14,002 nt of DNA from Synechococcus sp. Lineage in GTDB: Bacteria > Cyanobacteriota > Cyanobacteriia > Thermostichales > PCC-7336. Below are positions 6,079-14,002 of this stretch, in pieces (within the stretch, counting starts at the first letter, position 1; every line of letters begins with the position of its first letter). A program made the position numbers and the translations under genes. A model generated the notes under the pieces. The model did no database searches, was not told the origin of the DNA, and saw nothing but the letters and a program-made list of their open reading frames with translations. The stretch is from contig JBFRWD010000012.1 of assembly GCA_051439425.1 (NCBI GenBank), positions 1 through 14,002 of the forward strand, written 5' to 3'.

Positions 6079-7011
6079 CTAAAACAAATCCAATTGCTCT
6101 TCCGTTTCCATTGCGATGCTGCTCCAGGGCAGCGGTTTCACACGTCCCTTCTCCTGTAAACGTCGCTGGATTTCCCGCGCAAACTCAGGAGAATTGACTT
6201 CTTCCGGGCAGTGAACAAAGAAATAGACATCGGTGCCTTGCGCCAACCAGTCCAAAATGCGATCGCACCACTCATCCCAATAATGATGATTGCGCTCGTG
6301 ATGCGGATGGCTAATGTATCGAACCAAGGCAAACGAGCTGGTCACCGTAGGCTGCAGCGGAACATTCGGTTTGCGTCGAGTTGACAGCACCTGCGGATCG
6401 TCCGCGCCATCGTAAATCGCTCGTGTATCCAACAACACTCGCCCTACTCGCAGCTTGGCCAGCATCCGGTTGAGCCGCCCAACATGCGGGGCTTGAAACC
6501 ATTCAAGATGACGAACTTCCAAAGCTAACGGTGTCGTGCGAGTTGGCCAGCGATCGAGAAATTCCGATAAATCCTCCCACAACGCTGGACCGTAGCCAGG
6601 AGGTAACTGGGCAAAGATTGGCCCCAGGCGATCGCCCAGTCCCTGCATCCGTTCCAGAAAATCCAGGGCAGCATCTGCAGCAGGTGCCAGTCGATTTCGA
6701 TGGGTAATTTCTCGCGGCAACTTGGGACAAAACCGAAAGGATTCCGGTACGCTCTTCGCCCACTTCTGTACCGTATCCTCATCGGGAATCGAGTAAAACG
6801 TCGTGTTGCCCTCCACCGCCGTCAATCTCTGGCCATACAGTTTGAGGAAGTCTCCCGCACGACTGCCAGACGGATAAAAGCCTCCTAACCAACCTCGAAA
6901 CGCCCACACCGCGCAGCCCAACCACAACCGCCCGGACTGTGGCGAGGAGTCAGAATCGTGCTTGAGGGGAGCGCGATTGAGTGGGGAGGGGGCTGGCTGA
7001 GACAATGACAC
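6079..7011 (-). CDS. DUF72 (YecE-like) protein
   Basis: Family motifs LGCAVW, VEGNTTFYSIP, FRFCPKLPREITH, LGPIFAQLPP, ALEVRH and VYFFVHCPEE. The start is uncertain (GTG 7011 or a downstream TTG). Confidence 0.88.
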   Translation of the reverse strand: MSLSQPAPSPLNRAPLKHDSDSSPQSGRLWLGCAVWAFRGWLGGFYPSGSRAGDFLKLYGQRLTAVEGNTTFYSIPDEDTVQKWAKSVPESFRFCPKLPREITHRNRLAPAADAALDFLERMQGLGDRLGPIFAQLPPGYGPALWEDLSEFLDRWPTRTTPLALEVRHLEWFQAPHVGRLNRMLAKLRVGRVLLDTRAIYDGADDPQVLSTRRKPNVPLQPTVTSSFALVRYISHPHHERNHHYWDEWCDRILDWLAQGTDVYFFVHCPEEVNSPEFAREIQRRLQEKGRVKPLPWSSIAMETEEQLDLF

Positions 7012-7037
7012 TCGGTACTGGTAGAGGAGCGGCTGAG

Positions 7038-7451
7038 ATGGAACGAGGATTATTGTGGTTGCCGCTGCTGGGGACGTTCATCACCTTAACCTGGCTGGGC
7101 TGGCGCTCCTACCGTCAAGTGGAAAGCTACCGCATCTGGTCACAAGATTTCGATACCGCTAAGTACGATACGGCAGCAGTAGCCGGACTCCAAGATCGCG
7201 TGTTGACCTGGGGGGAACCCAGTAGTTCTGGCCCCATCAACTTGCAGAGCATCGACCTCGATCGTGTCAATCGTGTCGAATTGCAGGTGAACAGCACAGA
7301 ACTGGAATGGCCACCCCAGGAGCTAACCGCCGGCAAAACATTTGCCGTCACGCTCTACGGGCCAGACGGTACAACACCAACCCAGGTGCCGTTCAGCGAT
7401 GCCAAATTGGCGATCGCCTGGTGCAAGAAACTCAAGCAACTGGTGCAGTAA
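7038..7451 (+). CDS. Conserved cyanobacterial hypothetical protein with N-terminal transmembrane helix
   Basis: AGAGGAG RBS (7023-7029) precedes ATG 7038. MERGLLWLPLL...W...AKYD matches a cyanobacterial hypothetical family as I recall it (not searched). 137 aa. Confidence 0.8.
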   Translation: MERGLLWLPLLGTFITLTWLGWRSYRQVESYRIWSQDFDTAKYDTAAVAGLQDRVLTWGEPSSSGPINLQSIDLDRVNRVELQVNSTELEWPPQELTAGKTFAVTLYGPDGTTPTQVPFSDAKLAIAWCKKLKQLVQ

Positions 7452-7522
7452 ACCGAGGCTACACAGAATTCACCGATGGAATTGAACCGCGCGCTATCTC
7501 AGGCAGCCAGCATGAAACATCA

Positions 7523-9589
7523 TCAACGATAACTAGCCTGTCTGGGAGACACGTACAAACTCGGGCTGGGGAACTCCTCCACCGGCTCGTCCTCCATCGC
7601 TGCAGTCATAAACTGCTTCCAAATGGGAGCCACATAGCCACCACCGCTGGTACCGTTCGCCATGGGAGAGTTGTCATCGTTACCAATCCAGACCGCCGTT
7701 GACAACTGGGGCGTAAAGCCCACAAACCAAGCATCGCGAAAGTCGGACGTCGTCCCGGTCTTACCAGCGATCGGGCGTCCATCTTCTAGCAATGCAGCCC
7801 GTCCAGTCCCTCGCTGAGTCACCCCTTGCAGCCCCTCCACCAACGTAGCCACCGACCACGGGTCCATCGTCAGCTCGGGTTCGGGCTCCGCCGCATCCAG
7901 CACATTGCCTTGGTTATCAATCACCTGCAAAATCAGGCGCGGCTCGATACGGTAACCGCCGTTGGCAAACGTGGCATACGAACTCGCCATCTCTAAGGGA
8001 GTCACGTCTGCTGCGCCCAACGAGATAGATAAATTGGGTAACACCTCTTGTTGAATACCGGCCGCCTCGGCAGCCTCAATGACTTCACCAATCCCGATAT
8101 CGTGAGCCAACTTAACTGTAGGAACATTGCGCGATAGCTCCAACGCGCGCAGCAAGGGCATCCGACCTCGGAAGGTGTTGTCGTAATTGCGAGGGCAGTA
8201 ATCCTCTTCCACATCCGGATAGCAAATGCGGCTGTCATTGAGAGTGCTCTGCAATCCGTAGTCACCGCTAGCTAGTGCAGCGTAATAGACAAAAGGTTTG
8301 AAGGCCGAACCGGGCTGCCGCAGAGCCTGCGTAACGCGGTTGAATTGTCCACGCTGCGAGTTGGCTCCACCCACCAGAGCTTTCACCAAGCCCGTCTGCG
8401 GTTCCACCGCCACCAGAGCCACCTGATCCGCCTGACGTCCGCTTTCCTCCAAGGACGCAAACCCATCGGACACCGCCTGCAGGGCAGCCCGCTGCAACTG
8501 CAAATCAATCGTCGCCTGGACTCGATATCCACCCCGCTGTAGAGCCTCGCGCCCATACAGTTCGCTTAATTCCGCTTCAATCGCATCGGCAACCCCTGGA
8601 GAATCAGCCTGGAACGAGGTGACGCGACCCAAGGTCAGTTCCTGCTGGGCCGCCGCCTCAGCCACCTCTGGCTCGACCCACTCCAGTTCGACCATCCGCT
8701 GCAGCACCAACGATTGACGTTGTTTGGCAGCCTCAAGGTTACGGAACGGACTGAGTTGCTCTGGAGCCTGCAGCAGCCCTGCCAGCATGGCAGATTCTGC
8801 CAAATCCAGCTCGGACGCACTTTTGTCAAAGTAGCTTTCAGCCGCCGTCTGGACTCCGTACAAGTTATGTCCCCAATACACTTGATTGAGGTACATTTCC
8901 ATAATTTCGTCTTTTTCGAACACCTGTTCGACTCGCACGGCCAACACTGCTTCGGCCGCTTTCCTGGCCACCGATTGCTCGGGGGTCAAAAATAGGTTTT
9001 TCACCAATTGCATGGTCAGGGTTGACCCACCTCCAGCCGAGCCGAATCCCCCTGTCAAACTACCCCAGAGGGCCCGCCCAATCCCCACCGGGTTAATCCC
9101 TTCATGGATGTAGAAGTGGCTGTCTTCCACCGCCAGCAACGCCAGTTTCATTTCGGAGGAAATGGAGTCTAACGAAACAATCTTGCGGTTGGCCTCTCCG
9201 TGCAAAACAGAGATGAATTCCCCATTCGTATCCACAATTAGTGTTGTTTCACTGGGGACGTAGTTATCCAAACTGGCGACATCCGGCAGCCCGCGAAAAC
9301 TGCTGGCCAAGCCAATTAAGGTCCCTGCAACAGCAGTAGCGCCCAGCAGTAAAACGGCCAAACTGACATTACTGAGTGCCCCCAACAGCATCCAAGCTAG
9401 AGGGCGACCGCCCGGAGGACGGCTCCGGCGTTGATTGGGGCCAGGTTGTCGCGAAAGATTTTGAGGCTGGCGACCTCTTTGAGGTTGGTGGCTTCTTTGC
9501 GGCTGGAGATCGTCCTCTGGAGGACGATAAGGGCGGGGTGCTTGAGATCGTCGTGATGGAGGCTGAGGAGGATTTGACACGCGACACAC
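7523..9589 (-). CDS. Class A penicillin-binding protein (PBP1A family transglycosylase/transpeptidase)
   Basis: Transmembrane anchor, GT51 motifs (VEDSHF, GGSTLTMQLVKN, RKAAE, KDEIMEMYLN) and transpeptidase motifs SxxK (GSAFKP), SxN (SRN) and KTG (GKTGT). The GTG start is uncertain. Confidence 0.95.
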   Translation of the reverse strand: MCRVSNPPQPPSRRSQAPRPYRPPEDDLQPQRSHQPQRGRQPQNLSRQPGPNQRRSRPPGGRPLAWMLLGALSNVSLAVLLLGATAVAGTLIGLASSFRGLPDVASLDNYVPSETTLIVDTNGEFISVLHGEANRKIVSLDSISSEMKLALLAVEDSHFYIHEGINPVGIGRALWGSLTGGFGSAGGGSTLTMQLVKNLFLTPEQSVARKAAEAVLAVRVEQVFEKDEIMEMYLNQVYWGHNLYGVQTAAESYFDKSASELDLAESAMLAGLLQAPEQLSPFRNLEAAKQRQSLVLQRMVELEWVEPEVAEAAAQQELTLGRVTSFQADSPGVADAIEAELSELYGREALQRGGYRVQATIDLQLQRAALQAVSDGFASLEESGRQADQVALVAVEPQTGLVKALVGGANSQRGQFNRVTQALRQPGSAFKPFVYYAALASGDYGLQSTLNDSRICYPDVEEDYCPRNYDNTFRGRMPLLRALELSRNVPTVKLAHDIGIGEVIEAAEAAGIQQEVLPNLSISLGAADVTPLEMASSYATFANGGYRIEPRLILQVIDNQGNVLDAAEPEPELTMDPWSVATLVEGLQGVTQRGTGRAALLEDGRPIAGKTGTTSDFRDAWFVGFTPQLSTAVWIGNDDNSPMANGTSGGGYVAPIWKQFMTAAMEDEPVEEFPSPSLYVSPRQASYR

Positions 9590-9892
9590 CCAAAAAACTG
9601 GAACCCATTATATGTTGCTCGTCCAAACACCGGCAGCAGCGGGACGCGCAATCGCGTCTGCCGTTTTTCCACACGTAAATTGCTACGCCCTCCAACCCAA
9701 GCTCGATAGCGATCATCCCCTTTTTTTCTCCCACATTGGAAGGAGAGGGCGAGAGATGTTTCGTTGTGTGATGAGACAACTACCCCGAGCGAATGGCTCC
9801 GTCAACCTGACATTCTCCACTATCGTCGTTCATCAAATCACCATCACGAGGGAGCCATCAGACGAGATAATCGAAACGCAATGTGATATCTG

Positions 9893-11107
9893 ATGAAGAT
9901 TTTGAGTACTAGTGCAGCCGACATAACCCGACTGACCGAGCGGGGCGTTGTGGAGATATTGCCGGGGGGTGGATCCGCGCTTGCCAAGCGGCTGGACGAA
10001 AGCGATCGCCCCCTGCGGATCAAGTTGGGCATCGATCCCACTCGCCCAGACTTGCACCTGGGACATACGGTAGCGCTGCGCAAATTGCGTCAGTTTCAGG
10101 ATGCCGGCCACACTGCCATATTGCTGATTGGCGATTTTACCGCTCAGATTGGCGACCCCACCGGTCGCTCGGAAGCCCGCCCGCGACTGAGTGCAGAGGA
10201 TGTCAAAGCTAACAGCGAGACCTATTTAGAGCAGGCGCGCAAAATCCTCGATTTCGACACTCCCGGGCGGCTGGAGATTCGCCGCAACAGCGAATGGCTC
10301 GGTCAACTCACTCTGAAGCAAATTGTAGAATTGCAAGCTCAGATGACTGTCGGGCAAATGCTGGCCAAAGAGGACTTCTCCAAACGTTACGAATCCGGCA
10401 CGCCCATCTACCTGCATGAATTCCTCTACCCGTTGCTGCAGGGATATGATTCTGTGGCACTGCAGGCAGATGTGGAATTGGGCGGTACCGACCAGAAATT
10501 CAATTTGCTGTGCGGTCGCGATCTACAGCAGTGGAAAGAGCAATCTCCACAGTTTGGCCTCCTGCTCCCGCTACTGGAAGGGCTAGACGGTTTCCAAAAG
10601 ATGTCGAAGTCTCTCGATAACTATGTGGGCCTGACGGACGATCCGCTGTCGATGTATTCCAAACTGGAGAAAGTGCCGGACACATTAGTGCCGAAGTATT
10701 TTGAACTCCTGACCGACTTAGCGCCCGAAAGCTTGCCGGAGAGTCCGCGCGATCTCCAAATTCTGTTAGCCACCGAGATTGTCTCGCAATACCACTCAGT
10801 TGACGCGGCCGAGCAAGCCAAACAAGCGGCTCGGGATTTAACCAGCAAGGGATCGAGCGATGCCACATCAGCCATCCCTGAGTGCTCTCTAGTCTCCGTT
10901 AATTTCCCGGCCAAGCTCCCCTACCTATTGCGAGAAACAGGCCTGTGCAAAAGCTCTAGCGATGCTCGCCGCCAAGTGCAAAATGGTGGCGTTCGTTTGG
11001 ATGGTGATAAGGCCACCGATCCCAATCAAGAGTTCGCTGCTCCTGACGAGCTATACAATCGCATCCTTCAAGTGGGCAAAAAGAAGTTTCTGCGGTTGGT
11101 GCCCTAA
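9893..11107 (+). CDS. tyrS: Tyrosine--tRNA ligase
   Basis: [15 protein letters not shown] (HIGH-like), [19 protein letters not shown] and KMSKS, with a C-terminal S4-like domain ([18 protein letters not shown]...QVGKKKF). Confidence 0.97.
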   Translation: MKILSTSAADITRLTERGVVEILPGGGSALAKRLDESDRPLRIKLGIDPTRPDLHLGHTVALRKLRQFQDAGHTAILLIGDFTAQIGDPTGRSEARPRLSAEDVKANSETYLEQARKILDFDTPGRLEIRRNSEWLGQLTLKQIVELQAQMTVGQMLAKEDFSKRYESGTPIYLHEFLYPLLQGYDSVALQADVELGGTDQKFNLLCGRDLQQWKEQSPQFGLLLPLLEGLDGFQKMSKSLDNYVGLTDDPLSMYSKLEKVPDTLVPKYFELLTDLAPESLPESPRDLQILLATEIVSQYHSVDAAEQAKQAARDLTSKGSSDATSAIPECSLVSVNFPAKLPYLLRETGLCKSSSDARRQVQNGGVRLDGDKATDPNQEFAAPDELYNRILQVGKKKFLRLVP

Positions 11108-11203
11108 CGGCTATCAAAACATCTGAAACACGTAAGCAGCCCCCCCATCGGTGAGGGCCGCTCAGCTTTAAATCTAGGGATTTTAGATAACTGGACCAGA
11201 GAC

Positions 11204-11863
11204 CTAAGCTCCTACACCGGTGCCAATGGGGCAAGACACGTTCGTGCCCCCCAAACCGCAGTAGCCGTTAGGATTTTTGCCTAAATACTGCTGGTGGTAG
11301 GACTCGGCGTAATAGAACTCGGGAGCATCGATAATCTCGGTGGTGATGTCACCGTAGCCAGCGCCTTTCAGCGCGGGGGCGTACTGCCCTTTGGTTGCCT
11401 CCGCCAGGGTCTTCTGCTCGGGAGAATAGGTGTAGATGCCGGAGCGATATTGAGTACCGCGATCGTTGCCTTGACGCATCCCTTGGGTGGGATCGTGGCT
11501 TTCCCAGAAGGTTTTTAGGAGCTGCTCGTAACTAATTTGGTTGGGGTCGAACACAACCAATACGACCTCATTATGACCGGTCAGCCCGCTACATACCTCT
11601 TGGTAGGTGGGATTGGGAGTGAGGCCAGCAGCATATCCGACAGCAGTAGAGTAAACGCCATCGAGTTTCCAAAACGCTTTTTCAGCTCCCCAGAAGCAGC
11701 CCATACCAAACATAGCCATCTGCATTCCCTCGGGGAATGGCCCTTTTAAGGGATTGCCATTCACAAAATGAGCCTCGGGCACTGGCATTTCAGTTGTCCG
11801 ACCGGGAAGGGCGTCGGCTGCTGTGGGAAGCTGGGTCTTCTTACCAAACGAAAAAATGCCCAT
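11204..11863 (-). CDS. msrA: Peptide-methionine (S)-S-oxide reductase MsrA
   Basis: Catalytic GCFWG motif, plus [37 protein letters not shown] and [12 protein letters not shown]. Confidence 0.97.
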   Translation of the reverse strand: MGIFSFGKKTQLPTAADALPGRTTEMPVPEAHFVNGNPLKGPFPEGMQMAMFGMGCFWGAEKAFWKLDGVYSTAVGYAAGLTPNPTYQEVCSGLTGHNEVVLVVFDPNQISYEQLLKTFWESHDPTQGMRQGNDRGTQYRSGIYTYSPEQKTLAEATKGQYAPALKGAGYGDITTEIIDAPEFYYAESYHQQYLGKNPNGYCGLGGTNVSCPIGTGVGA

Positions 11864-12274
11864 GGGAGGTAGTTTGAACTCTCAACAACAACGGAACTCC
11901 AATCGCGCCAGCAATAGCCAAGCTGCACGGATCTGCTAGATCGGCAACTCATACCAGCAACAACAGAAGGCTTCTTTCAGGATAAGTGAGTCAACCCGAA
12001 ACGCCTACTTTGCTAATCGCTCGATCGCTCCAAGCGCCTGCCTATCATTCACGACACAATGAGGCGCTGGATATCGGCACCGGAGAATCAGCTGGGCCGT
12101 AATGGGCACAGTAGAGGGGGAGTGGAATTCGGATGCCGCTCCTATCGGTGGTATCCTGCATAGCCCAGGATATATACAGCCCAAGTCGTATCAGCGCAGC
12201 AAGCGGTGTCGGCATCTCCAGTGTGCGGAACGCAGACCTGCTCTACAGTGAAATTGGGGGACAAAGGTAGAGTT

Positions 12275-12892
12275 ATGACTTCGATGGGAGTACGTCTGTC
12301 AGTTCGTTGTGCAATGTGCAGCAGTCTAGTTGCGATCGCAGCCATTGCGATGGGTCGTCCCGCAATCGGTTTTCCCGCGCTCGGCACCTCGACATCCCGC
12401 TTCGTGACTCAGGTCACGTCCAATCTTCAGCAGCATTCAACGTTGCGCGCCCAAGCTAGTCCACCCGCACAACCCGACACTGCTCCAAATGCGTCAGAGC
12501 CTGCCATTCAAGGCGACCCCGAACGGGAAATTGAATTCACATCTCCAACCTTCTCTATTGGTGTTCAAGGAGAGGGTGTTCAAGAAGAGGAAATTCAGGG
12601 GGAAGGGAGCCAAGGCAACGGAGGTCTGGGAACATCCACTCAAGGGGAGACAGCCCAAGAGCCATTGGAAGCGGGGTCTCAACGGGATGCAGGTCTGTCC
12701 AATGAGGCTGCTAACGAAGCACTTGCAGCCCAGCACGACTGGGTAGAGTTCTCGGTTGAAGACAGCGATGAGGCGATCGCCCGCTACGGTTGTGATGACC
12801 TGTACTGTATTAATGCTCTGCGCGAACAACGCGGCCTTCCCCCCCTTCAGTTAGTGTGGGATGCTCAAAACTCCAACACCAGTCCCCAATAG
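12275..12892 (+). CDS. Exported hypothetical protein with acidic disordered middle and Cys-containing C-terminal domain
   Basis: Hydrophobic N-terminal segment (SLVAIAAIAMG), E/Q/G-rich linker and C-terminal FSVEDSDEAIARYGCDDLYCINALREQRGLPPL. The start is uncertain (GTG 12206, ATG 12275 or later). Confidence 0.7.
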   Translation: MTSMGVRLSVRCAMCSSLVAIAAIAMGRPAIGFPALGTSTSRFVTQVTSNLQQHSTLRAQASPPAQPDTAPNASEPAIQGDPEREIEFTSPTFSIGVQGEGVQEEEIQGEGSQGNGGLGTSTQGETAQEPLEAGSQRDAGLSNEAANEALAAQHDWVEFSVEDSDEAIARYGCDDLYCINALREQRGLPPLQLVWDAQNSNTSPQ

Positions 12893-12915
12893 TTTGCTGG
12901 ATTAAGCAGCAGTCC

Positions 12916-14002
12916 CTACGACCCTCCCTCAGCCATCTCTGCAGATGGACGGCGAACCCAACGCAAGTACACTCCCTGCTCGGCTACGCGATCCAATTGG
13001 GCTCCCTCGGTTTCGCGCAAGTAATCTTTCAAGTCATCGGTGGCATAGCTCAGGAATACGGGCTCGGCATCCTCTGGAATCTCCGGCATCGTATTCACTG
13101 CAATGTAGAGCTGCGTATCGGGGTCGAGCTTGTGACCGAGTGAAATCAGGTTGCCCATCGAGATAGAACTAGTCCCCGCAATAATCAGCGGGTCCTCGTA
13201 CTGGTTGATAAATCGGGATTCTTCCGGCACGGTAAAGCTGACCACCTTATTCCACCACACATCCGACATGGCAATCGTCACTGAAGACAAGACACCACAG
13301 GTCAGCAGTACACACAGCAAACCTGCACCTAGCTGCTGAGATCTGCGGCGATCGCTGGTCCACAAGCGGGCCAACATGTCGGCAACTACAACCACCAACA
13401 CAATCAAAGCCGGTGCAAAATACCGAGTCTGACTCGAACGCTGACCTTCCCTCACAATATCTGAAAGGATTAGGGGAAAGGATGTGAAAACAAACGCCGA
13501 CACCGGCAATAACCACGAACGCAACGGCGAATTTCTCACCAGCTGAATAAACGCCACTGTGACCAAGAGAGTAGCCGCGATCGAGATTCCTCGCGAGGAG
13601 AAACTTTCAGGTTCTAGAGGAAAGTCCACAAATACTGCATTGAGATGCAACCCCCATAACCGCATCAGGTGAGGGAGGGTTTTGTCATTGTTCAGCCATC
13701 CCGTCTTCGTTTGAAACGTTGCCCAGCCGGTATACACCACGTACAGCCACGGCAAAAAAGCAACGCCCGCAGCCACTGCAGCCAAAACGAAGCGACGCAC
13801 TGTTTGCGTCGGACGTCCCTTTTCCAACACCAGCACGTATAGTCCGTGGCCGAACGTCAGCAACGGAGCCAGTAGGGCTGTATAAAAATTGAGCATGCTG
13901 CTGGCCCAAAACAGCCACCACATACCCGATTTCTGAGTGCGCATGCCCCTCAACAGAGCTGCACTAGACACAATCGTCAAGAGTGCCCACAAACTATATT
14001 GC
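12916..14002 (-). CDS. Polytopic membrane glycosyltransferase (GT39/ArnT-PMT-like, GT-C fold), 3' part (runs off the right edge)
   Basis: The frame is open to the window edge (...QYSLWALLTIVSSAALLR...). It has many transmembrane segments, motifs YT, FLPW, RYF and WWNK, and a soluble C-terminal domain, as in cyanobacterial GT39-like proteins. Confidence 0.75.
   Translation of the reverse strand, partial: QYSLWALLTIVSSAALLRGMRTQKSGMWWLFWASSMLNFYTALLAPLLTFGHGLYVLVLEKGRPTQTVRRFVLAAVAAGVAFLPWLYVVYTGWATFQTKTGWLNNDKTLPHLMRLWGLHLNAVFVDFPLEPESFSSRGISIAATLLVTVAFIQLVRNSPLRSWLLPVSAFVFTSFPLILSDIVREGQRSSQTRYFAPALIVLVVVVADMLARLWTSDRRRSQQLGAGLLCVLLTCGVLSSVTIAMSDVWWNKVVSFTVPEESRFINQYEDPLIIAGTSSISMGNLISLGHKLDPDTQLYIAVNTMPEIPEDAEPVFLSYATDDLKDYLRETEGAQLDRVAEQGVYLRWVRRPSAEMAEGGS

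Larger units (their letters stand above)
282..13355. repeat. HIP1 octamer GCGATCGC, dispersed copies
   Basis: Copies seen by eye starting at 282, 385, 1155, 4452, 6259, 6628, 7410, 10002, 12332, 12773 and 13348. Fewer than one is expected by chance in 14 kb. HIP1 enrichment is typical of many cyanobacteria. Confidence 0.9.

Noticed and set aside
9590..9892. T-box leader upstream of tyrS
   Set aside because: No T-box consensus (AAnnnGGGTGGnACCnCG) or terminator/antiterminator is visible.
7127..13921. Numerous short antisense or alternate-frame ORFs within the PBP, tyrS, msrA and glycosyltransferase genes
   Set aside because: They overlap well-supported genes and show no independent coding signals.

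Overview
Cyanobacterial chromosomal window, indicated by about 11 HIP1 octamers (GCGATCGC) and cyanobacterial-type proteins. The left part (~600-4280) is an accessory-looking locus. It holds two paralogous NarL-like receiver-domain proteins that lack a DNA-binding domain and end in a coiled coil plus a C-terminal transmembrane anchor; one has a canonical active site and the other a degenerate one. Between them is a 70-aa coiled-coil ORF with its own RBS and terminator. A 105-bp hairpin-forming non-coding element is duplicated downstream of each regulator, and a 10-mer recurs three times in the intergenic DNA. In the centre, metK (minus strand) is split by a one-base frameshift at a G9 run and is preceded by a clear SAM-I riboswitch and a sigma70-type promoter. 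The right part is mostly housekeeping: a DUF72 protein, a conserved membrane hypothetical, a class A penicillin-binding protein, tyrS, msrA, an exported hypothetical and a partial GT-C/GT39-like glycosyltransferase. A probable exported-protein gene missing from the ORF track runs off the left edge.
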